From Bacteroidota bacterium (lineage in GTDB: Bacteria > Bacteroidota > Ignavibacteria > Ignavibacteriales > Ignavibacteriaceae), in the NCBI GenBank assembly GCA_021815365.1, contig JAKAGZ010000011.1, forward strand, positions 1,134 to 65,133: a DNA stretch of 64,000 nt, read 5' to 3'. Numbering within the stretch: the stretch's first letter is position 1; each line of letters begins with the position of its first letter. The position numbers and the translations under genes are program-made. The notes beneath the pieces are model-generated. The model was not told the origin of the DNA. It saw only the letters and a list, made by a program, of their open reading frames with translations, and did no database searches. Of the stretch, positions 57,156 to 64,000 are shown piece after piece.

Positions 57156-58982
57156 TTAATTATTTGCTTTTTCCGGGGAACTCTGCTGGCTCTCATCCGG
57201 CACTTCAAAGATCGGAAATTCTGAAGTGTCAATTGTTCCCGTTTCAGCATTCCGGATTCCCTGTACAGAATCTCTTTCGAGTTTATGCTTTTCAAGATAG
57301 CTTTTTATTTCTTCCTCAGATTTTTCTTTAAGTGCAGCAATAGCGCTGAGCACAATCTTTTTATTTTCTTTGTCGAACTCAATTACTTTAAGACTGATCA
57401 CATCATCAATAGGGAAGTGATTTGCCAGGTTTTTAATTTTTGTTGTAGCCAGTTGGGTCACGGGAACAAAGCCGTCAACTTTTTCAGGAAGCTCTGCTAT
57501 CAGTCCCTTTTCAATGATCCTTACAATTTTCCCTTCTGTAATAGCTCCGACAGCGTAAAGTTTTCCGAAATTGTCCCACGGGTTTTCCTGAATCTGTTTA
57601 TGACCGAGAGAAATTTTTCTCTGTTCAACATCTACACCAAGAACAATGACCTCAAGCTTTTCACCTTTTTTTACAACTTCACCGGGGTGCCGGATTTTCT
57701 TGGTCCAGGACAGGTCAGAAATGTGAACCAGACCATCTACACCGGGTTCAAGTTCAACAAAGACGCCGAAGTTAGTAAGGTTGCGTGCAATTCCGGTATG
57801 TTTTGATCCGACGGGATATTTTTGCATTAAACTTTCCCAAGGATCCGGTTCTAATTGCTTTATGCCAAGAGAGATTTTCTTTTCATCTTTATCAAGGCTG
57901 AGGATAATAGCTTCAACTACTTGTCCCATCGCAACAACTTGTGAAGGATGTTTAATATGCTGTGTCCAGCTCATCTCGGAATTATGTATGAGTCCTTCAA
58001 TGCCTTTTTCAATTTCGATGAAAGCTCCGTAATCTGTTAAAGAAACAACACGACCGGAGACTTTATCGCCGATTTTATATTTCTTTTCAATATCTTCCCA
58101 GGGATGGGGGAGAAGTTTTTTAAGGCTAAGTGAAATTCTCTTTTTCTCTTCATCGAAATCTGTGACAACAACCTTAATTACCTGGTCGAGTTTTACGACT
58201 TCGTTGGGGTGATTTATTCTGCCCCAGCTTAGATCAGTAATGTGAACTAATCCGTCAACGCCGCCCAGATCAATGAACACTCCGAAATCAGTAATTGCTT
58301 TAACTGTGCCTTCCAGTATCTGTCCTTTTTCAAGGCTGTTGAGAATGGATTCTCTCTGACCTGAAATTTCTTCCTCAACTAGAACTTTGTGAGAGACGAC
58401 AACATTCTCTGTTGGTATATTAACCTTCACAACTTTGAAATCCATTGTCTGTCCCACAAATACGTCAAAGTCTCTTATTGGTCTGACATCAATCTGTGAA
58501 CCTGGAAGAAAAGCCTCCATGCCCATAAGGTCAACTACCATTCCGCCCTTTATTCTTTTAAGAATTTTTCCCTGCAATATCTCGCCGGTTTCATGAGCAT
58601 TAACAACCTTATCCCATATCTTCAAGAAATCCGCTCTCTGCTTGCTGAGCACAAGATTACCATCCTGATCTTCAACACTTTCAAGAACAACCTCAATCTC
58701 TTTCCCGATTTTTATTTCTTCATTTTCATGGAATTCCTGTTTCGAGACTGAACCTTCTGACTTAAACCCGACGTCTAAAATAACCTGGTCGCCCTGGATA
58801 CGTACAATCCTGGCTTTTACCATTTCACCTTCTTTCACATCTTTAAAGGATTCAGCATACAGATTGGCTAATGTTAAGAATTCTTCCTTTGAATACTCTT
58901 CGTTATTGAAATTCCTTTTTGCTTTTTCGTAATCACTGGTCGTCACAACGCGTTTATCGTGTGTATTTGTCTGTTCGGACAT
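57156..58982 (-). CDS. rpsA: 30S ribosomal protein S1
   Basis: Six S1 repeats (for example GQILEGTVKAITDFGVFIDLGGVDGLVHITDLSW); 608 aa; downstream of cmk. Confidence 0.95.
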   Translation of the reverse strand: MSEQTNTHDKRVVTTSDYEKAKRNFNNEEYSKEEFLTLANLYAESFKDVKEGEMVKARIVRIQGDQVILDVGFKSEGSVSKQEFHENEEIKIGKEIEVVLESVEDQDGNLVLSKQRADFLKIWDKVVNAHETGEILQGKILKRIKGGMVVDLMGMEAFLPGSQIDVRPIRDFDVFVGQTMDFKVVKVNIPTENVVVSHKVLVEEEISGQRESILNSLEKGQILEGTVKAITDFGVFIDLGGVDGLVHITDLSWGRINHPNEVVKLDQVIKVVVTDFDEEKKRISLSLKKLLPHPWEDIEKKYKIGDKVSGRVVSLTDYGAFIEIEKGIEGLIHNSEMSWTQHIKHPSQVVAMGQVVEAIILSLDKDEKKISLGIKQLEPDPWESLMQKYPVGSKHTGIARNLTNFGVFVELEPGVDGLVHISDLSWTKKIRHPGEVVKKGEKLEVIVLGVDVEQRKISLGHKQIQENPWDNFGKLYAVGAITEGKIVRIIEKGLIAELPEKVDGFVPVTQLATTKIKNLANHFPIDDVISLKVIEFDKENKKIVLSAIAALKEKSEEEIKSYLEKHKLERDSVQGIRNAETGTIDTSEFPIFEVPDESQQSSPEKANN

Positions 58983-59092
58983 CCGTCCTCCTGAAAAAAA
59001 TTATTTTTCTGTTCGGATAACTCAAGTCATCAGAAAGTTATTGAACAGAAAATTTAGTTTTACATTTTTTGATTAAGATGACTTAACGAAAA

Positions 59093-59791
59093 TTAAATTT
59101 TTATTTTAATGCCTTTTCTATCTGCAGCTATTTTTACCTGTTCTAATATCAGGTTCACCTGTTCTTCGATTGAAACTTTAGAGGTATCAATCTCTATTGC
59201 GTCCGGTGCCTTTGTTAACGGGCTTACACTTCTTGTAGAATCAAGATTATCTCTGCTTTGGATATTCTTTTTAATCTCATCCAGCGAGACTGTGGTGCCT
59301 TTCTTTTCATATTCAACGGCTCTGCGCTTTGCTCTCTCATCAATCGAAGCGGTAAGAAAAATTTTTACGTCAGCATCCGGGAAGACAACTGTTGTAATAT
59401 CTCTTCCTTCCATCACAATCCCCCTGTTCTGTTTTCCCATTTCTTTCTGCTTTTTTACAAGAGCTTTTCTCACGCCTTCAATCTTACTTACGTCACTTAC
59501 CTTTTGATTAACCTCAATTGTTCTTAATTCATCTGTGATATCCTCTTTGCCGATTTTAACAGTAGTTTCGCCATTGATAAAATCGAGCTGAATATCAGCA
59601 TTGTTAGCAATAGTGGTAAGGGCTTTTTCGTTGTCAAGCAAATTTTCTTTCAGAGCCAGAAAAGTAACAGCCCTGTACATTGCACCGCTGTCTATATAAA
59701 CGTATCCGAGCCGTTGCGCCACAAGTTGAGCTGATGTACTTTTACCTGAACCAGCAGGGCCATCTATAGCAACGATTAATTTTTGGGACAT
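59093..59791 (-). CDS. cmk: Cytidylate kinase
   Basis: IAIDGPAGSGKST, DSGAMYRA, GRDITTVVFPDA. Confidence 0.93.
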   Translation of the reverse strand: MSQKLIVAIDGPAGSGKSTSAQLVAQRLGYVYIDSGAMYRAVTFLALKENLLDNEKALTTIANNADIQLDFINGETTVKIGKEDITDELRTIEVNQKVSDVSKIEGVRKALVKKQKEMGKQNRGIVMEGRDITTVVFPDADVKIFLTASIDERAKRRAVEYEKKGTTVSLDEIKKNIQSRDNLDSTRSVSPLTKAPDAIEIDTSKVSIEEQVNLILEQVKIAADRKGIKIKI

Positions 59792-59976
59792 AGCTTGTAA
59801 AAATAGTATTAATATTCAAATTTTCAAAAAATTGCTGACTATGAAAAGACTGCCTTTCCAGTAGTGTCCCAAAATAACTCTAAAAGCAATAAATAAGCTT
59901 GGGATATATAAAATTTCAAATTATTCTGATTATTCTGGAATGGAACCCTATCTCGCCTTTGACGTATTCTCCCCTA

Positions 59977-60009
59977 ACGCATTGACGTCAACATAATTTT
60001 GATCTATTA
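59977..60009 (+). promoter_or_regulatory. Near-consensus sigma-70-type promoter containing the palindromic TTGACGTCAA box
   Basis: TTGACG (59981-59986), a 17-nt spacer, then TATTAT (60004-60009). No CDS follows for about 370 nt. Confidence 0.5.
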
Positions 60010-60015
60010 TGCTGT

Positions 60016-60172
60016 AGGTTGTTATATAAAAATTAGTAGGCAGAATGATAATGTCTAAGTTAATTTACTAATCCGAAATGAGCACTACCAATAAGCTCTT
60101 CCATTTCAAAGGGAAGGGCGCCAGACTCCTTTAGAGTCTGTCAGACTCTAACGGGGTTGTGAGGAGTTTTTT
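60016..60172 (+). ncRNA. Candidate small RNA of about 155 nt, defined only by a promoter and a terminator; identity unknown
   Basis: It lies downstream of the 59981-60009 promoter. It ends in nested hairpins TAGAGTCTG-t-CAGACTCTA inside ACTCCT...AGGAGT, followed by T6 (60166-60171). Only ORFs of 18 codons or fewer lie inside. Confidence 0.35.
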
Positions 60173-60204
60173 GTCTTGCTGAATTCTTTGAACCCTCTCT
60201 AATC

Positions 60205-60266
60205 TCTGCCTGCCCGCTTCGCAGCGCCTGGCGTCGACTCGGGCGCGAGGCGAGCAGGCAGACAGG
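60205..60266. repeat. GC-rich palindromic repeat element, an inverted copy of 29420-29500
   Basis: The arms ctgcctgcccgcttcgc / gcgaggcgagcaggcag are near-complementary. The core matches the 29446-29466 reverse complement at 20 of 21 nt. Confidence 0.8.
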
Positions 60267-60381
60267 TATGGACGAAATAAAAAAATATTTTTGACAAATT
60301 TACCCTCTTCACTGCACTGAATTGTTTATGAACTTGTCAGTTAAATAAATATATTTGACTCATAAAAACCAGGAAATAAAA

Positions 60382-61221
60382 ATGAAATTAATTACTGCGG
60401 CTATCATTGTTTTATTATTTATATCAGGATGCTCTAAGCATCCCGATGTTATCAAAAAACCTTCCGGGCTTGAATTCGCAAATGATTCATTAGGCACCGG
60501 CAGAGCTGCTAAGAACGGTGATCTTATCAGCATTCACTTTGATGCATGGATCATTAAAGATTCAACAAATCTTTTTAGCGATTGGACAAAAGATACAACC
60601 CGCATTGCAAGCAGTATAGGTGGTTCACGGCTTTACGGCAGACCTGTTAAATTTGTTTTGGGTAAGAATGCATTTATAAACGGTATTGACGAGGGCATTG
60701 AAGGAATGAAGACCGGCGGATACAGAACAATAATTGTACCTGCAAAATTAGCTTATGGCGATAAAGGATTTGGTCCCATACCTCCGAATTCCAGTTTGAA
60801 ATTTCAGGTACAGCTTTTGGAAGTGAAAGATGCTGTAGTTGTTAAGCAATGGAGTGTTGATTCGACCAAATATAAAAAGACGAAAGACGGACTTAAATAT
60901 ATAATAATTGATCCGGGTCAGGGTGCAAAAATTGATTCCGGTGATGTAGTGACTATGCATTATTCCGTATTCCAGCTCAACGGGAAAAAGTCTGACAGTT
61001 CAGTTGAAAGAGATGAACCTCTTATTTTCCCTTACAAACTTCAGAAATTTATTCCCGGCTTTACAGAAGGGATAGGACTTTTGAAAAAAGGAGGGAAGGC
61101 AAAATTAATTGTTCCGCCTGATCTTGCTTATGGCAGTAAAGGTAACGGCATCATTCCACCAAACTCGACATTGATTTTTGATATTCAGATTCTTGATGTG
61201 ATGAAATTACCGAAGCAGTAA
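60382..61221 (+). CDS. Lipoprotein with two FKBP-type peptidyl-prolyl isomerase domains
   Basis: Lipobox FISGCS. Two FKBP C-terminal motifs are present: YGDKGFGPIPPNSSLKFQVQLLEV and YGSKGNGIIPPNSTLIFDIQILDV. ATG 60382 is preferred. Confidence 0.88.
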   Translation: MKLITAAIIVLLFISGCSKHPDVIKKPSGLEFANDSLGTGRAAKNGDLISIHFDAWIIKDSTNLFSDWTKDTTRIASSIGGSRLYGRPVKFVLGKNAFINGIDEGIEGMKTGGYRTIIVPAKLAYGDKGFGPIPPNSSLKFQVQLLEVKDAVVVKQWSVDSTKYKKTKDGLKYIIIDPGQGAKIDSGDVVTMHYSVFQLNGKKSDSSVERDEPLIFPYKLQKFIPGFTEGIGLLKKGGKAKLIVPPDLAYGSKGNGIIPPNSTLIFDIQILDVMKLPKQ

Positions 61222-61227
61222 TTTTTG

Positions 61228-62097
61228 TTATAAATAACTTTGTATCAGAGAAACAGCCTGCGGGTAATATCCCCAGCCGAATAAATTTAAATGATTTATT
61301 ACGTGATAAAGCCTGTAAACATTTTGCCGGTACTGCCAGCCGTCTTTTAACGGAAAGCATTCATTATAAGCTGAATAAAAACTTTTATCGAAGCCGCCAA
61401 ACAACTGAGTCATTGCAAGATCAGCTTCACGGTGCCCGTAATAAACAGCCGGGTCAATAAGGCAGGCGGAGCCGCTTTCATCAGTCATAAAATTTCCGCC
61501 CCAGAGATCGCCGTGAAGCAGTGAGGGCTCCTCTTCACTGCCCGATAAAATTTCTTCAATTTTATTTTCGAGTTTAATAATTCCTTCTATTAGTTCTGTT
61601 CTGGCATAACCATTCTTTTCTGCAAGATCGAACTGAAAAAGAATTCTCTTATTCCAATAAAATTCAATCCAGTTATTTTTTTCACTTCCATCAGGAATAT
61701 TTTTTTGAACGGTTGAACCGATATAATTATCTTCGAAAAAGCCGAAGGATTCTGAAGTGAATTTATGAAGTCCGGCAAATCTTCTTCCGAAATCTTCAAA
61801 GAAATCTGATCGTCTTTTGCCCGGGCTTATATATTCTAAAAGTATAAATGACTCATCAGCAAGAATAACGCCTGGTACGCGCAGCGAATTGGCTTCCCTC
61901 AGTTCTCTTAACCCGTTAGCTTCTTTCAGGAACATATCGTTTGAAGAGAGAGCATTTAACTTTAAAAAATAATTTTTCCCCGTCTTTGTTTCCAGCTTCA
62001 CAGCGCTGCTAATACATCCGCCTGAAATTGAATCCAGAGATTCTATTTCGGAGCCAAGTATATTTTCGATTTTATATTTCAGTTCAGTTGAGAGCAT
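61228..62097 (-). CDS. Fructosamine kinase family protein
   Basis: LLHGDLWGGNF...LIDPAVYYGHREADLAM; 289 aa. Confidence 0.85.
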   Translation of the reverse strand: MLSTELKYKIENILGSEIESLDSISGGCISSAVKLETKTGKNYFLKLNALSSNDMFLKEANGLRELREANSLRVPGVILADESFILLEYISPGKRRSDFFEDFGRRFAGLHKFTSESFGFFEDNYIGSTVQKNIPDGSEKNNWIEFYWNKRILFQFDLAEKNGYARTELIEGIIKLENKIEEILSGSEEEPSLLHGDLWGGNFMTDESGSACLIDPAVYYGHREADLAMTQLFGGFDKSFYSAYNECFPLKDGWQYRQNVYRLYHVINHLNLFGWGYYPQAVSLIQSYL

Positions 62098-62569
62098 TAT
62101 TTTTCAGCTTCTCAATTATTCCTTTGCAGCCGTCTTCGAGAATGTCCAGAACATTTTCAAATCCCGCCGCGCCTTCATAATATGGATCGGGGACCTCCTC
62201 AATCTTAATATTCCTGCAGAAGTCTGCCATCTTAAAAATTTTATTTGAGAACTTGTTAATGTGATCGAGAGATTTTATGTCTTCAAAATTCTGGTTATCC
62301 ATTGTGATTATATAATCGAACTCAGGGAAATCTTTTGCAGCGCTGAATTTCCGCGCAATATGATCTAAAGTATAACCTCGTGCTGAAGCGTGCTTTATCA
62401 TTCTTGGGTCTGCTGTTTGACCTATATGATAACCTGCAGTGCCTGCTGAATCAACAAATATTTTATCCTGAAGATTTTCGTCTGTTAAATATTTTTTCGT
62501 AATTGCTTCTGCTGCAGGTGAACGGCAGATATTTCCTAAACATACAAAGAGAATTTTTTTATCCTGCAT
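62084..62569 (-). CDS. Low-molecular-weight protein-tyrosine phosphatase
   Basis: Active site VCLGNICRSP and the DP motif (VPDPYY). Confidence 0.9.
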   Translation of the reverse strand: MQDKKILFVCLGNICRSPAAEAITKKYLTDENLQDKIFVDSAGTAGYHIGQTADPRMIKHASARGYTLDHIARKFSAAKDFPEFDYIITMDNQNFEDIKSLDHINKFSNKIFKMADFCRNIKIEEVPDPYYEGAAGFENVLDILEDGCKGIIEKLKNNALN

Positions 62570-62773
62570 TTGGTATTGTTCCTTTAATTTGAGTAATCGA
62601 ATAATTCTATTTCGTTACAGAATGACATTGCAAATTTACAACGTATTTATAAAATATTTTTAATGACAGGTGTTTTTTTATTTTAGAAGAATCATATCTG
62701 TTCAAAATATTTTCTTATAATAAAAATTCACTTGTTGAGTTTTCTGCTAGTAAGTGATTATAGTATATAAAGT

Positions 62774-62830
62774 AACTCATCCCCCTTTCCCCCTTCTCTT
62801 GGCAAGAGAAGGGGGCTGGGGGGTTGAGTT
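62774..62830. repeat. 57-nt near-perfect GC-rich hairpin (REP-like palindromic element)
   Basis: Inner stem CCCCCTTCTCTT-ggc-AAGAGAAGGGGG is a perfect 12 bp. Outer stem AACTCATCCCCC / GGGGGTTGAGTT matches at 11 of 12. Confidence 0.8.
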
Positions 62831-63071
62831 TGAAGCGAAGAAAATTATTTTGAATAAATTCAATATTTGTTCTTTTATTGTTCTGGGAAAAATTTTTGGA
62901 CACTACTGAGAAGAATAATCCATCAGCCGCGGCTGGAGCTAAGTTGATTCGTAATTTTATTTGATATAAATTGCTAACGCCTTGTCCGCCTAAGTTTTCT
63001 TGTTTGCAAAAGTTTTAGTTAAGACAGGAAAAGTTCAAACAGATATAAAAGAAAAAATAGAGGAGAGAGTT

Positions 63072-63422
63072 ATGGCTTATGTGATAACCAAGCTTTGTCT
63101 CAATTGCAAAGATATAGCCTGCACTCAGGTTTGTCCTGTAGATTGCATTTATGAATATAAGGGAGATGACCCCTCTATTCCCAAAGAAATGCTGCTGATA
63201 GATCCTGATGAGTGCATTGACTGCAATGCTTGTGTCCCCGAATGTCCGTGGGAAGCAATTTTTGAGGAGAGCGAGGTGCCTGATATTTTTAAAGATGATA
63301 TTGAATTAAACGCAAGAATAGTTGGCAAAGAAAGATTTGTTCCAAAAAGAAATCCTGATGATCCGATTCCCACACCTGAACAGATTGCAGCAAATAAAGA
63401 GAAGTGGGGGTATAAACCATAA
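63072..63422 (+). CDS. fdxA: 7Fe-type ferredoxin (3Fe-4S + 4Fe-4S, FdxA-like)
   Basis: CLNCKDIACTQVCPVDCI and CIDCNACVPECP. ATG 63072 is preceded by AGGAGAG. Confidence 0.88.
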   Translation: MAYVITKLCLNCKDIACTQVCPVDCIYEYKGDDPSIPKEMLLIDPDECIDCNACVPECPWEAIFEESEVPDIFKDDIELNARIVGKERFVPKRNPDDPIPTPEQIAANKEKWGYKP

Positions 63423-63434
63423 AATAAAAACAAC

Positions 63435-63470
63435 AAAACCCAATCTGCCAGTTGCGGATTGGGTTTTGTA
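63435..63470. terminator. Bidirectional terminator hairpin between convergent genes
   Basis: AAAACCCAATC-(11 nt)-GATTGGGTTTT, with T-rich tracts on both strands. Confidence 0.6.
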
Positions 63471-63485
63471 AAAGTTACTTGAAGA

Positions 63486-64000
63486 TTATTTCATCATCAG
63501 CATCTTCTTAACAAGAACCTGTCCCTTAAAGCTTACAGTGTAGAAATAGACTCCTGAGGTTACTTGCTGACCATTGACGTTCCTGCCATCCCATACAACA
63601 GTTTTGTTTCCAGCATTTGAATAACCATCAATCAAAGTTTTCACTTCGCGTCCCAGTATGTCATATATCCTGATTGTAACTATTCCATCTGCCGGCAGTG
63701 TGTAGTTAATAGTAGTAGATGGATTGAACGGATTGGGGTAGTTATCAGCAGAAAATTCTTTTGGCAGTTCCCCTGTCTGTGCTTCTTTTTCTGCAAGTGA
63801 TTTCGCTTTTGTTATCCCCATCTGATTTTTTGCAGATCGTGCAGTAGGGCTATCCGGGAAATTCCTGATTATCAGTGCAAAGATATCATTAGCTTTCTGT
63901 TCGTCCTTCAGCAGGTATTTGTAAGCACAACCCTCTGAATATAACCATTCAACAGCCATTGAATGAGAAGGGTATGTTCTTAAAAGGTTTTCATAAGAAT
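63486..64000 (-). CDS. 3' part of a CDS that continues beyond the window: TPR-like region plus a T9SS type-A C-terminal sorting domain
   Basis: The frame stays open upstream of the tracked ATG 63959, all the way to nt 64000. The C-terminus is NYPNPFNPSTTINYTLP...IRIYDILGREV...GVYFYTV. Confidence 0.8.
   Translation of the reverse strand, partial: SYENLLRTYPSHSMAVEWLYSEGCAYKYLLKDEQKANDIFALIIRNFPDSPTARSAKNQMGITKAKSLAEKEAQTGELPKEFSADNYPNPFNPSTTINYTLPADGIVTIRIYDILGREVKTLIDGYSNAGNKTVVWDGRNVNGQQVTSGVYFYTVSFKGQVLVKKMLMMK

Noticed and set aside
58983-59092. Inverted repeats in the rpsA leader (TTTTCTGTTC...GAACAGAAAA; aagtcatc/gatgactt) as a specific regulatory element
   Set aside because: A structured S1 leader is plausible, because S1 autoregulation is known. 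The pairings are short and AT-rich, though, and I cannot separate them from chance without comparative data.
59792-60354. Known housekeeping ncRNAs (tmRNA, RNase P RNA, SRP RNA, tRNA) in the long cmk-FKBP spacer
   Set aside because: None of the diagnostic motifs are present: a tRNA-like GGTTCGAAT...CCA end, GAGGAAAGTCC, or the SRP domain IV loop. Only an unassigned sRNA candidate is reported.
62715-62903. 62-aa ORF on the minus strand between the LMW-PTP and ferredoxin genes
   Set aside because: Its central residues (PPAPFSCQEKGERG) are simply the translation of the 57-nt palindromic hairpin, so it is not credible as a gene.

Overview
This is a low-GC bacterial chromosomal segment. Hand-counted 60-nt samples give about 30-36% G+C. 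It is densely coded on both strands, and two proteins carry type-9-secretion C-terminal sorting domains, so by inference it comes from an FCB-group, Ignavibacteria-like organism. Most of the window is housekeeping: purA, efp, accBC, gcvH, guaA, argS, rsfS, surE, folBK, rpsA, cmk, mtaB, a 7Fe ferredoxin and one tRNA-Arg(CCG). I saw no rRNA, CRISPR array, transposase or integrase. Non-core content worth a second look:
1. An expanded partner-switching cluster at 3.5-11.8 kb has 2 STAS proteins, 1 RsbW-type kinase and 3 different sensory PP2C/SpoIIE phosphatases. It lies beside a frameshifted, truncated ECF-sigma relic and has no intact sigma gene.
2. A two-gene type II restriction-modification islet at 34.1-37.2 kb has a methyltransferase with an N-terminal HEAT-repeat domain.
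3. A compositionally foreign block at about 45.3-47.6 kb (about 50-60% G+C) carries a lipoprotein and a K+/H+ antiporter. A decayed lepA fragment borders it.
4. A T9SS-sorted protein of about 14 repeats has near-identical ~120-nt coding repeats.
5. A family of GC-rich palindromic or short repeat motifs is scattered through spacers and, in frame, inside CDSs.
6. folK and radC have conserved N-termini that precede any canonical start codon.
7. A promoter-to-terminator unit may encode a ~155-nt sRNA.
All functional calls rest on motifs read in the translations. No database search was run.
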